Source of the DNA: an uncultured Gemmatimonadota bacterium
Lineage (GTDB): Bacteria > GCA-2686955
NCBI GenBank assembly: GCA_964490075.1
Contig: CAZBBK010000013.1
Location: 62,001-98,391 of the forward strand
Length of the DNA: 36,391 nucleotides
Direction of reading: 5' to 3'
The position numbers and the translations under genes are program-made. This document shows positions 1 to 9,390 of the stretch, piece after piece (the stretch's first letter is position 1; each line of letters opens with the position of its first letter). The notes under the pieces were generated by a model. That model saw only the letters and a list, made by a program, of their open reading frames with translations, had not been told where the DNA came from and searched no databases.

Positions 1-460
1 CGAGCCGATGCTGCTGAAGCAGACCCTGGGCGTCTTCGCCGATCCGATTCGTGAAGACGATTTCGCGCTCAGCTCCAAGGCCGGCCTGGGACTGCAACAG
101 GTGGTGGTCGGAGATGGTTACGCCGTCACCGGCGAAGACGGCGGTGTGCTCACTCTGACGCAGCTCGACGGTGCCAACGAGATCGGTGCCGAGATCGAGC
201 TCGACCTGAGCGGCAAATCGGGCGAGAGCATGACCTACGAGGCGACCCTCAACCTCTTCTACCCGGTCAGCTCATCGGCCGAGACCGATTTCAGCGGCAT
301 CGACGCGCTCAACACCGATCTCTCGGGCAAGGTGTCGTTCAAGCTCAGCGGCTGGGCCTCGCTCGACTACGTGCTGGGCGTCAGGCGGCTGCCGGTGATA
401 CTGGACGACTGGCAGATCACCAACGGGTTGATTCTGACCGCGGGATTCTCGCTGCTCTAG
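1..460 (+). CDS. C-terminal part of a probable outer-membrane beta-barrel protein (5' truncated by the window)
   Basis: The frame is open from the window edge to TAG at 458-460. It has alternating hydrophobic/polar strand-like segments and ends WQITNGLILTAGFSLL. Confidence 0.55.
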   Translation, partial: EPMLLKQTLGVFADPIREDDFALSSKAGLGLQQVVVGDGYAVTGEDGGVLTLTQLDGANEIGAEIELDLSGKSGESMTYEATLNLFYPVSSSAETDFSGIDALNTDLSGKVSFKLSGWASLDYVLGVRRLPVILDDWQITNGLILTAGFSLL

Positions 461-464
461 CCGT

Positions 465-1241
465 TCAATCTTCGCCCAGGAGTTGCTCGATCAGCTCGAT
501 CGCCTCCACCGCCTGCCCCTGGAAGTGGTTGTTGGCGTAGACGAATACGTTCTGCGCTTCCTCGAGCATGGTGCGGATGCGCGGCACCCACTCGCGCAGC
601 TCGTCGGCCCGGTAGCGATAGTCGTAGCGTTGCCAGGCGTGCTCGTGCTCCCACCAGCGCTGAGTGTTGCGACCGTGAAGACGCAGATAGCCCGGCTCGG
701 CGGTGACGATCGCGCTGCGCGGAGGCAGGCCGCGCAGCGCCGGCAGATCGACGCAGGCCAGGGCCGTGCCGCGACGCCGCAATCCCTCGGCGACCGAGGG
801 ACGGACCCAGGAATCGTGCCGCAACTCGACCACCGCCGGATGGGCGTCGAAGGGCTCCAGGATCCGCGCCAGGTAGCGTCGGTTTTCCGCCGTGTAATGG
901 AAGGAGAAGGGGAACTGCAGCAGCACTGGGCCCGGCCCCAGCGGTGAGATCGCGTCGAAGAACTCGCTCAGGATCGGCAGCGGATCCTGGCGTCGCACAT
1001 GGGTCACCTCGCCCGGCGCCTTGACGCTGAACACGAAATCGTCGCCGACCTTGGCGCGCATCGTTCCGTATGACACCTTCGATCCGACCCGGTAATAGGT
1101 CGAGTTGATCTCCACGGTGTCGAAGCGCTCGGCGTAGTAGCAGAGCCAGTCCGCGCGCGGCAGCTCGCGCGGGTAGATCGGGCCGACCCAATCGTCGTAG
1201 GCGTAGCCCGAGGTTCCGAGGCGCAGGCGGGCTCGTTCCAT
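465..1241 (-). CDS. DUF72 (YecE-like) domain protein
   Basis: Motifs GTSGYAYDDW, FDTVEINSTYY, LLQFP, YLRLHGRN and YANNH. Confidence 0.93.
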   Translation of the reverse strand: MERARLRLGTSGYAYDDWVGPIYPRELPRADWLCYYAERFDTVEINSTYYRVGSKVSYGTMRAKVGDDFVFSVKAPGEVTHVRRQDPLPILSEFFDAISPLGPGPVLLQFPFSFHYTAENRRYLARILEPFDAHPAVVELRHDSWVRPSVAEGLRRRGTALACVDLPALRGLPPRSAIVTAEPGYLRLHGRNTQRWWEHEHAWQRYDYRYRADELREWVPRIRTMLEEAQNVFVYANNHFQGQAVEAIELIEQLLGED

Positions 1242-1257
1242 GCAAGGAAGGATAGCC

Positions 1258-2256
1258 CTACGATGCGCCCTCGTGACCCCGTCCCAGACCTTCGGACCGG
1301 TAGGCGGCCAGGGTGCGCGCGGTGGCGGCGCGACCGCATTCGATGGCCTGCCGCGCCTTGTGCAGGTCGAAGGTCCCCACCGCGGCGAGGCGCGGGGCGA
1401 TCAGCACGTCGGGCGGATCGCCGGCCAGGCGGCTTCTGCCGATACGGTACTGAACGATGTCGAGGCTGCGGCTGATCACCTCCTGGAGGGAGGGGGCCAC
1501 CTCGGGAGGCGGGTCGGCGGTGGAGCGCTCGGAGAGCTCGCGCCGGAGCTGCGTGGCGCGCAGCCTCAGCTCCTTCCAGAAGCCCGTGCCTTCCTGCGCG
1601 GCGGCCGGTTCCTCCGGCGGATCCTCTTCGCCGCATTCCTCTGGGCCTTCGCTCTGCTCTTCGCCGAACACCACCGGATGCAGCAGCGTGGTCTGCAGGT
1701 CGACCGCGATCACCAGCTCCGCCCCGAGCACGCGGCAGAGCGAGACCGGGATCGAGTTCACCAGGCCGCCGTCGACCAACCACGCGCCGTCGATCTGGAT
1801 CGGGGCGACCAGGCCGGGCAGGGTCGCCGACGCCCGGATCGCCCGCAACAACGAGCCACTGCGCAGCCACACCTCGCGCCCGGTCTCGAGCTCGCAGGCG
1901 ACCGCGGCGAAGGGGATCGGCAACGACTCGATGGGACGATCGCGGACGTGGGTACGCAGGGCATGGAAGATCCGCTCGCCGCGGATCAGGCCGCCGCTGG
2001 CGACGATGTCGAAGAAGCCGAGCACCTCGCGCCAGCCCAGCGAGCAGGCCCAGGCTTCCAGCTCGTCCAGCGCGCCCGCGGCATAGGCACCGCCCACCAG
2101 GGCGCCGACCGAGCTGCCGCAGACCACGTCGGGCGCGATGCCGGCGGCGGCCAGGGCGCGAATCGCGCCGATATGGGCCCAGCCGCGCGCGGCGCCGCTG
2201 CCGAGCGCCAGGCCGATGCGCGGACCGGGATGGGGATCACGCTCCGTCGTTTCCAT
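1258..2256 (-). CDS. Patatin-like phospholipase (RssA/NTE family)
   Basis: LALGSGAARGWAHIG oxyanion motif, GSSVG nucleophile and DGG motif. Start placed at ATG 2256 (METTERD); the longer 3204 ORF is a frame extension overlapping the ABC ATPase. Confidence 0.9.
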   Translation of the reverse strand: METTERDPHPGPRIGLALGSGAARGWAHIGAIRALAAAGIAPDVVCGSSVGALVGGAYAAGALDELEAWACSLGWREVLGFFDIVASGGLIRGERIFHALRTHVRDRPIESLPIPFAAVACELETGREVWLRSGSLLRAIRASATLPGLVAPIQIDGAWLVDGGLVNSIPVSLCRVLGAELVIAVDLQTTLLHPVVFGEEQSEGPEECGEEDPPEEPAAAQEGTGFWKELRLRATQLRRELSERSTADPPPEVAPSLQEVISRSLDIVQYRIGRSRLAGDPPDVLIAPRLAAVGTFDLHKARQAIECGRAATARTLAAYRSEGLGRGHEGAS

Positions 2257-2285
2257 GAGTGGATCGAGTGTAGCGCGCGGACCCT

Positions 2286-3053
2286 CTAACCGGATTGCAG
2301 GAAGCGGGTGAAGGAGTCGGTGAGCCGCACCTGGGCGATCTTGCTCTCGGCGTCGAGGCCGCGCGGCCGCGGCAGGTCGATCGGCTCCACGCGCAGAACG
2401 CGGCTCGGCTTGCCGGAAAGGAAGACCACCCGGTCGGAGAGCAGGACCACCTCTTCGAGGTTGTGGGAGACGAAGACCACGCTGAGATCTTGCTCGCGCC
2501 ACAGCTCGAGCAGCTCGCGGTGCATGGCGGCGCGGGTGTCGACGTCGAGCGAGGCGAAGGGCTCGTCGAGAAGCAGGATGCTCGGCTTCACCAGCAGCGC
2601 GCGCGCCAGGTTGACCCGCTGCTTCATACCCTCGGAGAGCTGGTGCGGCAGGTAGTCGAGGAAGTCGCCCAGTCCCACCTTCTCGAGCATCCGGGCGGCG
2701 TCGCGGCGGGCGTCGGCCGGGTTCCGTCCCAGGCATTCGAGCGAGAAGAGGGCGTTGTCGAGCACGTTGCGCCAGGGCAGCAGGAGCGGGCGCTGGAAGA
2801 CGAAGGCGATCGAGTCGCGCTCGCCCCGCACCCGCCCCCGGCTCGGCTCCTCGAGGCCGGCGAGGATGTGCAGCAGCGTGGTCTTGCCGCAGCCGCTGGG
2901 GCCGATCACCGACAGGAACTCGCCGCGGCGAAGCTCGAGATCGAGCCCCTCGAGCACCACCAGCGGACGACCGTTGCGGCCGTCGTCGAAGAGCTTGCCG
3001 AGCCCTTCGAGGCGCAGCACGGGGCCTGCGGCGGAGGCTGGGGGCGCCGCCAT
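2286..3053 (-). CDS. ABC transporter ATP-binding subunit, TauB/SsuB/NitT type
   Basis: Walker A GPSGCGKTT, signature LSEGMKQR, Walker B LLLDEPF and H-loop VSHN. ATG at 3053 abuts the permease stop. Confidence 0.93.
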   Translation of the reverse strand: MAAPPASAAGPVLRLEGLGKLFDDGRNGRPLVVLEGLDLELRRGEFLSVIGPSGCGKTTLLHILAGLEEPSRGRVRGERDSIAFVFQRPLLLPWRNVLDNALFSLECLGRNPADARRDAARMLEKVGLGDFLDYLPHQLSEGMKQRVNLARALLVKPSILLLDEPFASLDVDTRAAMHRELLELWREQDLSVVFVSHNLEEVVLLSDRVVFLSGKPSRVLRVEPIDLPRPRGLDAESKIAQVRLTDSFTRFLQSG

Positions 3054-3826
3054 CAGAGCGCCGCCGGCCGCCACGCGCCCAGGCGCCGCTCCAGGCGTTG
3101 GACCGCGGCGGTGCAGCCGAGGGTGAAGGCGACCACCAGCACCAGCAGCACGAAGAAACGGTCGATCTGGAAGTTCTGGGTGTAGAGCACCATCCGGTAG
3201 CCAACCCCCTTGCCCGACGCGAAGAACTCGACGATCAGCACGCCGACCATGGCGTAGTTGATGCCGACCCGCATACCGGAGAGCACGTAGGGGGCGATGC
3301 TTGGCAGGATCACCGAGCGCAGGATGCGCCGTCGCGAGGCGCGGAAGGCGCGCGCCAGCTGGATATGCTCGCGATCGAGGCTGCGCACTCCGGTGTGGGT
3401 GCTGACCACGATTGGGAAGCCGGCCATGACCCCGCCCAGAAAGACCTTGGACGGCAGCCCGAGGCCGAACCAGAGGATCACCAGCGGCATCAGCACGATC
3501 TTGGGCAGGGCGTTCAGCGCCACGATGTAGGGATGGAAGAGGCTGTAGAGGATCCGCGAGTAGCCGATGCCGATCCCGGCGATCGTTCCCAGCACGGTCG
3601 CCGCGGCGAAGGCCAGCAGGAAGCCGACCAGGGTGGTCAGAAGGTCGTCGTTGATGCGTCCCGAGCCGAGCAGGTCGATCGAGCTGAGCACCATGCGCCA
3701 GGGGCTGGAGAAGAGCACCGGGCTGATCAGCCCGCCTCGATCGAGCGCTTCCCAGGCGCTGAGCAGAACCAGCAGCGAGAGGACGAAGGCCAACCGGCCG
3801 TTGGTCCCATTGCGCGCGCCGCTCAT
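3053..3826 (-). CDS. ABC transporter permease, TauC/SsuC/NitT type
   Basis: Multiple TM helices, LPKIVLMPLVILWFG, and an EAA-like loop LARAFRAS...ILP. Confidence 0.93.
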   Translation of the reverse strand: MSGARNGTNGRLAFVLSLLVLLSAWEALDRGGLISPVLFSSPWRMVLSSIDLLGSGRINDDLLTTLVGFLLAFAAATVLGTIAGIGIGYSRILYSLFHPYIVALNALPKIVLMPLVILWFGLGLPSKVFLGGVMAGFPIVVSTHTGVRSLDREHIQLARAFRASRRRILRSVILPSIAPYVLSGMRVGINYAMVGVLIVEFFASGKGVGYRMVLYTQNFQIDRFFVLLVLVVAFTLGCTAAVQRLERRLGAWRPAAL

Positions 3827-4878
3827 TGGGGGGGCTTCGCGGCACCTTCGAAGAAGCCGCGGGCCTTCAGCTCGTCGAGAATGCCAGTGTCGATGAACTC
3901 GGCGGCCTGGTGCTCGCCGGCGCGTGCCAGGTCACGGTCCTCCAGCTTGGCCATAAAGTCGAGCACCACCTGCATGCCGCGCGGGTCGGGATAGGGCGGA
4001 AAACTGTAGAGAGAGGGGCCGCAGGCGGCGTAGGCCTCGCCCGGAGCGCCTTTGTCGGCGCCCAGACGGTCGGCCAGCGCCGCCAGCGAGCCTTCGCGAT
4101 CGCGCGCGTAGTCGTGCATCGCCGGCACCAGCGCCTCGACGAAGCGCGTGACCATGCCGCGGCGGTCGCGCAGGGTGCCTTGGCGGGCGACCATCATCAT
4201 GTAGGGGAAGGGGCGCTCCGACGCCGGCAGGTCGACCAGCAGGTTCAAGCCCATTTCGCGGAGCAGTCCCGGCGGTGCCGCGGAGGTGACGGCGTCGACC
4301 AGGCCGCGATCGAGCGCCACCAGGCGGGCGTACTCCTTGCCCATGCTGCGGATCTCGACGTCGTCGTGGTAGGCCAGGCCCAGCTCGGCGAGGGCGAACT
4401 GCACCGCCATGTCCTGCGGCCCGCCCAGGAAGGGCAGCCCGACCGAGCCCCCTTTGAGCTGTGCGGCGCTGGTCACCCCCTTGGCTCCGACCAGGCGGTG
4501 GTAGAAGCGGTTGACGACTCCGCCGAAGACCCGCAGGTCGGCGCCGGCCAGGTCGGCCTTGATGACGGCGTCGCCGCCGGCCAGACCGATGTCGAGGTCG
4601 CCGGAGACCAGTCCCTTCATGGTGGCCGCCGAACCGCCCATCACCATCACCTTCACGTCGAGGCCGGCGCGCTCGAAGAAGCCCTTGTCGGCGGCCAACC
4701 AGGCGACCGCGTGGACGTAGGAGGGGATGGCGATCCCCAGGGTGATCTCGGTCGGCTCCGGGGCGGGCGGCCGCGGCGCCTCGGCGCGAGCCGGTCCGAA
4801 GCCGCACGAGAGCGCGGCGCCGAGCAGCAGGGGACGCAAGGGACGAGCGGAGATTCGGCGGCGGGATCGGGTGGTCAT
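3823..4878 (-). CDS. ABC transporter substrate-binding protein, SsuA/TauA/NMT1-THI5 family
   Basis: Arg-rich N-terminal signal (MTTRSRRR...ARA), ADKGFFERAGLDV and LKGGSVG motifs. ATGA overlap with the permease. Start at ATG 4878 follows GGAG. Confidence 0.88.
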   Translation of the reverse strand: MTTRSRRRISARPLRPLLLGAALSCGFGPARAEAPRPPAPEPTEITLGIAIPSYVHAVAWLAADKGFFERAGLDVKVMVMGGSAATMKGLVSGDLDIGLAGGDAVIKADLAGADLRVFGGVVNRFYHRLVGAKGVTSAAQLKGGSVGLPFLGGPQDMAVQFALAELGLAYHDDVEIRSMGKEYARLVALDRGLVDAVTSAAPPGLLREMGLNLLVDLPASERPFPYMMMVARQGTLRDRRGMVTRFVEALVPAMHDYARDREGSLAALADRLGADKGAPGEAYAACGPSLYSFPPYPDPRGMQVVLDFMAKLEDRDLARAGEHQAAEFIDTGILDELKARGFFEGAAKPPQ

Positions 4879-4928
4879 CGAGGCTCCAGCGCAAAGGGGG
4901 GGCGGATCTGGCGGATCCGGGACATCAC

Positions 4929-4944
4929 AGCAAGACTCGCGCCG
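4929..4944 (-). promoter_or_regulatory. Sigma54 (-24/-12) promoter of the ABC importer operon
   Basis: The minus strand reads CGGCGCGAGTCTTGCT, i.e. GG-N10-GC with TTGCT, about 50 nt upstream of the SBP start. Confidence 0.7.
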
Positions 4945-5006
4945 CCACGCCAAGGTTCGCCGTGGCAGCGAGTTGGCGCGGACACAGGTTGGCGCCGCCG
5001 CGTGAG

Positions 5007-5057
5007 TGTAGCGCTTGCGCTACTTCTATGGGCGCCAGATGTTGCTGTTATGCATCA
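5007..5057. promoter_or_regulatory. Two candidate enhancer (UAS) sites for a sigma54 activator
   Basis: TGTAGC-N6-GCTACT (5007-5024, containing the perfect palindrome GTAGCGC-TT-GCGCTAC) and TGTTGC-N6-GCATCA (5040-5057). The two sites start 33 bp apart. Confidence 0.6.
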
Positions 5058-6461
5058 CTTCTTCGGGCGCTCCACCTCGATCCCCAGCTTCTTCAGCTTG
5101 CGCCACAGGGTCGTGCGGTGCATCCCCAGCTCCCGGGCCGCGGCGCTGACGTTGAAGCGGTTGCGAGCCAGCGCCTCGCGCAGGAAACCCGCCTGCAGAT
5201 CGTCCAGCGACGATCCGGGCCCCGGGCGTGCGGGGTCGCGCAGGTGCGCCGGCAGCCAGGGAGGCAGATGCTCGGGTTCGATGGTCCCCTCGTGGCAGAG
5301 CACGAAGGCATGCTCGATGATGTTCTCGAGCTCCCGGACGTTGCCCGGGAAGTCGTGGCGCATCAGCGCCTCCAACACCGCGTCGGAGAGCCCCACGATC
5401 TCCTTGCCGCGGCTGGCGCGAAGTCGCGCGATGAAATGATCGGCCAGGAGCGGGATGTCCTCGCGCCGCTCGCGCAGCGCGGGAACCGTCACCCGGACGA
5501 TGTTGAGGCGATAGTAGAGATCCTCTCGGAACACCCCCTCGCGCACCAGCCGCTCCAGGTCGCGGTTGGTGGCGGCGATGACCCGGGCGTCGACTCGCAG
5601 GGTGCGGGTCGACCCCAGAGGCTCGAAGCTGCCGTCCTGGAGCACCCGCAGCAGGCGCGCCTGCATGGCCGGCGACACGTCTCCGATCTCGTCCAGGAAG
5701 ATGGTGCCGCCATCGGCCAAGGTGAAGCGGCCCGGCTTGTCGCGGGTGGCGCCGGTGAAGGCGCCTTTGCGGTAGCCGAAGAGCTCCGACTCCAGGAGCG
5801 TGTCGGGCAGGGCGCCGCAGTGGACCACCACCAGAGGGCCCTGCGCGCGGGGACCGAGATCGTGGATGGCGTGGGCGAAGAGCTCCTTGCCGGCGCCGCT
5901 CGGCCCCTGGATCAGCACCGTGCTGCCCGACCGGGCGATCTCCGGGAGGATGGCGAAGATCTTCCGCATGGCGTGGCTGCGGCTGATGATGCCGGCGAAG
6001 GAGCTCTGCCGCATCAGCTGCTTGCGCAGATCGCCGCGCGGGTCATCCGCCTCGCCGCTGAGGTAGCTCTCGAACACCCCGCTCAGATCGCGAAAGGTGC
6101 CCACGCTGCCGATCACGCGGTCCGCGGAATCGCGCAGCGCCGAAACGCTGATGCTGATCGGGATTCGCGCGCCGCCCGGCCGGTGCACATAGAGGGCCCG
6201 GTTCACCACCGGCCGATCGCCGCCGAGCGCCTCGCGCAAGGTCGCCTCCAGGCGCCCTTCGGGCGCATCGAAGGCCCTCTCGCAGGGTTTCCCGAGCACC
6301 TCGGCGCGCCGCCGTCCGGTGATCTGCTCGGCCGCCCGGTTGAAGGTGGTGATCCGCCCCCGCGGATCGGCGGTGAACACGCCGTCGGCGATGCTGTCGA
6401 GGATCGCGTCGGTGTGGCGCCGCTGCTCCTGTGGCGCCGAGCGAGCGCCGGGCTCAGGCAT
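5055..6461 (-). CDS. PAS-domain sigma54-dependent transcriptional activator (bacterial enhancer-binding protein, Fis-type HTH)
   Basis: N-terminal PAS (ILDSIADGVFTAD...FNRAAEQITG), GPSGAGKE, GAFTGA, FLDEIG, FPGNVRELEN, and a C-terminal HTH AARELGMHRTTLWRKL. Confidence 0.95.
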   Translation of the reverse strand: MPEPGARSAPQEQRRHTDAILDSIADGVFTADPRGRITTFNRAAEQITGRRRAEVLGKPCERAFDAPEGRLEATLREALGGDRPVVNRALYVHRPGGARIPISISVSALRDSADRVIGSVGTFRDLSGVFESYLSGEADDPRGDLRKQLMRQSSFAGIISRSHAMRKIFAILPEIARSGSTVLIQGPSGAGKELFAHAIHDLGPRAQGPLVVVHCGALPDTLLESELFGYRKGAFTGATRDKPGRFTLADGGTIFLDEIGDVSPAMQARLLRVLQDGSFEPLGSTRTLRVDARVIAATNRDLERLVREGVFREDLYYRLNIVRVTVPALRERREDIPLLADHFIARLRASRGKEIVGLSDAVLEALMRHDFPGNVRELENIIEHAFVLCHEGTIEPEHLPPWLPAHLRDPARPGPGSSLDDLQAGFLREALARNRFNVSAAARELGMHRTTLWRKLKKLGIEVERPKK

Positions 6462-6610
6462 CTCCGCCCACCGTCCAGCGCGTGGCGGATCGATGCGACG
6501 GGGGGCTGGGGATGGGGTCGGACTCGGTCAAGCGCTGCCTCCAGGGAGGCAAATGCTATCACGACCGCGGGCGTCTTCCGGCGGGGCGTCCGACCTTCCC
6601 GGCGACCCGA

Positions 6611-7981
6611 TCAGCGAAACCAGTCGACGTTACCGGGTCCGCCATAGGCGCCGATGTCGGATCGGACACCATCGACGTAGCCATCTGGAATGCGCGGATG
6701 CCAGTCGTAGAGCCAGTCTTGAATCGCGGGATCGCCGGCATCGATGCAGGGCGATCCGGGGCCGAGCAGGAGGTCGTAACCCGCCCAGCTGATGAACTCC
6801 GGATCGGCGTCGATATTGCCCTCTCCCTGCCATCCCCCGGCGACCAGGGAGTAGCGGATCGTTGGACCGCCGGCGTTCAGGTGGATCTCATCGGGAGTGT
6901 CGCCCCAAAAAATGCTGTTGGTGATTTCCGGATAGGAGTGATAAGCACGGATGGCGCCGCCGTAGAAGAGCGCCTGGTTGGCGGAAAGCGTGCAGTTGGT
7001 GATCGACGGCGCCCCTTCGTAGAGATAGATCCCGCCGCCGGCCCAGAGCGCCAGATTGCCGGTCACGATACAGTTCGTCACCAGCGGTGTGCGGTCCAGC
7101 CAGTAGGCATCGATATACAGACCGCCTCCGTACCAGGAGGCTTGATTGTCGGAGACGATGCACTGAGACACACTTCCGGTGCAGTTGTAGAAGAACGCGC
7201 CCGCGCCGCTGTCGTCGGCGAAGTTGCCATCGATCGCGCAGTGCTCGAAGGTCAGAGCGCTTTCGTAGCCGTAGAATCCCGCCCCGTCCAGGCCGGCGAT
7301 GTTGCTCGCGATGCTCGTGCCGCGGATCACCGGGCCGCCCGCGTCGCCGGCGTTGTCGGTCTGCATGCCGCCGCCGAATTCGTCGGCCGTGTTGTCGTGG
7401 ATTTGGCAGCTCTCGATCCAGGGAGAGGAGTCCACGAAATTGAGGCCACCGCCGTCGAAGACGGCGCCGTTGGCCCGGATGAGGGTGTTGGTGATCCGGG
7501 GCGCGCAGCCGATGCCGCCGATCCCTCCGCCGTAGATGGCGATGTTGTCTTCTACGACACAGCGATCGATCGCCGGGCTCGCCCCCTGGCAGAAGATCCC
7601 GCCCCCGGCCGCGGCGCTCACGCCTCCGGTGATCGTGAAGCCCCTCAGGCTGGAATCGACGCCCTCGCCGCTGTGGAAGATGACGCCACGATGGTAGTCC
7701 AGGTCGCTGCCCGCGCATCGAATGACGGTCAGCTCGGCCCCCTCGGAGGATGCCACGGCGATCGCCTTGCCCGAGAAGTCGAGGTCGACGTTGCCCGGCC
7801 CCTGGTAGGTCCCCGGGGCGACCAGAACCGTGTCGCCGTCCAGCGCCGCGTCGATTCCCGCCTGGATGGTCGGCTGGGAACCCGGAACGTGGATGGTGAG
7901 GGCGGTGGCCGGCAGCGCCGTGCCGATCGATAGCGACAAGAAGAGAGAGAGGGGGAAAGAAGAGACCGCGGTTCGGGTCAT
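6611..7981 (-). CDS. Secreted right-handed parallel beta-helix (pectin-lyase-like) repeat protein
   Basis: Signal peptide, TIHVPGSQPTIQAGIDAA..GDTVLVAPGTY, repeated N.A..GGG...P.ITNC coils, and C-terminal SPCIDAGDP...DIGAYGG. Confidence 0.85.
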   Translation of the reverse strand: MTRTAVSSFPLSLFLSLSIGTALPATALTIHVPGSQPTIQAGIDAALDGDTVLVAPGTYQGPGNVDLDFSGKAIAVASSEGAELTVIRCAGSDLDYHRGVIFHSGEGVDSSLRGFTITGGVSAAAGGGIFCQGASPAIDRCVVEDNIAIYGGGIGGIGCAPRITNTLIRANGAVFDGGGLNFVDSSPWIESCQIHDNTADEFGGGMQTDNAGDAGGPVIRGTSIASNIAGLDGAGFYGYESALTFEHCAIDGNFADDSGAGAFFYNCTGSVSQCIVSDNQASWYGGGLYIDAYWLDRTPLVTNCIVTGNLALWAGGGIYLYEGAPSITNCTLSANQALFYGGAIRAYHSYPEITNSIFWGDTPDEIHLNAGGPTIRYSLVAGGWQGEGNIDADPEFISWAGYDLLLGPGSPCIDAGDPAIQDWLYDWHPRIPDGYVDGVRSDIGAYGGPGNVDWFR

Positions 7982-8100
7982 CGGGGTGCTCCACGGGAGG
8001 GACGTGCGTCGGCCGGCGGCTCCTGTCCCAGGAACCAGCGTCCAGCCTCTCCATTCTAGCCCGAAATAGTGGACGGCGCCCTGGGCGATGGGCGCGCGAA

Positions 8101-8137
8101 CGCCCCCGCTCGGCCGTTTCGGCTCCGAGCGGGGGCG
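8101..8137 (-). terminator. GC-rich hairpin, probable terminator or stability hairpin after the 8159-8902 gene
   Basis: Perfect 13-bp inverted repeat CGCCCCCGCTCGG (8101-8113) / CCGAGCGGGGGCG (8125-8137), about 20 nt past the stop. The U-tract is weak. Confidence 0.55.
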
Positions 8138-8158
8138 GTTCCGAGGGGGGGGGCGCCG

Positions 8159-8902
8159 CTACTCGACGATGAAGCAGCTCTCGACCGCGGTGTTGTTGAA
8201 CGCAGTCGAACGAGCCAGGATCTCGAACTTGTAGGTGCCGGGCCACTGGGTGACCGCCTCCGGCACCTCGAACTCGGTCATATCCGCCGGCAGGTCGACC
8301 TGGAAGCCGACCTCTCCGCCCTCTTCGACGAAGAGCTGGTAGACCTCGATCTCGACCTCGCCCTCCTTGCCGATCTCGGGATGCGAGGTGGTCACCGGAT
8401 CCCAGTCGATGGTCACCGGAGAAGCCACCACGGGCAGGTCGCCATCACAGTCCTCGGCGGCAGGGGTGCCGTTCACGGTGACGTTGGAGGCGGGTGCCGG
8501 CATCACATGGCTCAGCTCGACCTCCTCCTCGGCCTCCTCTTCGCCCCACTCGATCTCGATGGTGTAGACACCCTCGGGAAAGCGCGCGAAGAACTCCTCC
8601 GGCGGCAGATCGTCGAAGCTCGGCTCGGCGCTCTCCAGGAAGAGCTGGGTCAGGCCGTGGCGCCCGGCCCGTCCCCTGGCCTCCACCGCGAACGCGGTGC
8701 GGCCGGCGGCGTCGGAGATCTCCAGCTCCTCGTAGGGTCCGCCGTCGATCGAAGTGTGGATTCCCAGGTCGCCGTCGGTGTCGTTGAGCTCGAGAAAGAG
8801 CTCGGATTCGTCGAGCTCGATGCCCTGGGCCAGCGCGTTGGCTCCGAGCCCGAGGGCAGCGAGGGCCATGGGCAGGGCAAAGAGCTTGGTGACGGTGTTC
8901 AT
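8159..8902 (-). CDS. Secreted, very acidic hypothetical protein (beta-rich)
   Basis: ATG 8902 follows GAGGA. Signal peptide MNTVTKLFALPMALAALGLGANALA, Glu/Asp-rich mature part, high-GC3 codon pattern. Confidence 0.8.
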   Translation of the reverse strand: MNTVTKLFALPMALAALGLGANALAQGIELDESELFLELNDTDGDLGIHTSIDGGPYEELEISDAAGRTAFAVEARGRAGRHGLTQLFLESAEPSFDDLPPEEFFARFPEGVYTIEIEWGEEEAEEEVELSHVMPAPASNVTVNGTPAAEDCDGDLPVVASPVTIDWDPVTTSHPEIGKEGEVEIEVYQLFVEEGGEVGFQVDLPADMTEFEVPEAVTQWPGTYKFEILARSTAFNNTAVESCFIVE

Positions 8903-9140
8903 CGGAAGTTCCTCCGGGTGAGGGAGCGGGGATAGAGCCGCTCTCGATTCAGGGGGCAAGCGCGGCGGGCGCTTGGTGGCTCGAGCGACCATTCAGCGGT
9001 CGCGCCGATGAACCATCGCAATCGACGTGCCACCTCGGAGGAGGTTCGGAAGTTGCTGTCAGCCAGCCGTTTACGAGATCCATGGGGATCGCGGCACCGT
9101 GCTCGAATCGGCAGAGATCTGCCGCGACCGGCACGGACCC

Positions 9141-9390
9141 TCAGACGAAGCTCGTGTCTTTGAAGTAGTCGCTCAAGAACACGATCTTGCCGTCGCGCAG
9201 CCCGATCACCGTGACGCCCTCGTTCCGAAGCGCGCAGGCTCGAGCGCCGTCGATCGGCACTTCGTGGAGATGGAAGTCGAGGCGGCGGTACTTGCGGAAG
9301 AGCACACGCAGGAAGGCCAGCACGCGGCGCGACCCGACCAGCGGCGCCATTCCCGGAAAGCGCAGCTCGATCTCCTCGACGAGGGCGAAC
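9141..9390 (-). pseudogene. Remnant of a SnoaL/NTF2-like gene
   Basis: The C-terminal part reads like NTF2/SnoaL (IELRFPG..LVGSRRVLAFLRVLFRKY...GVTVIGLRDGKIVFLSDYFKDTSFV). There is no credible start or N-terminal helix, and an internal segment appears to be missing. Confidence 0.5.

Noticed and set aside
1258-3845. Apparent long fusion ORFs 1258..3204 and 2286..3845
   Set aside because: The N-terminal extensions are out-of-frame translations of the upstream ABC genes. The real starts are 2256 and 3053.
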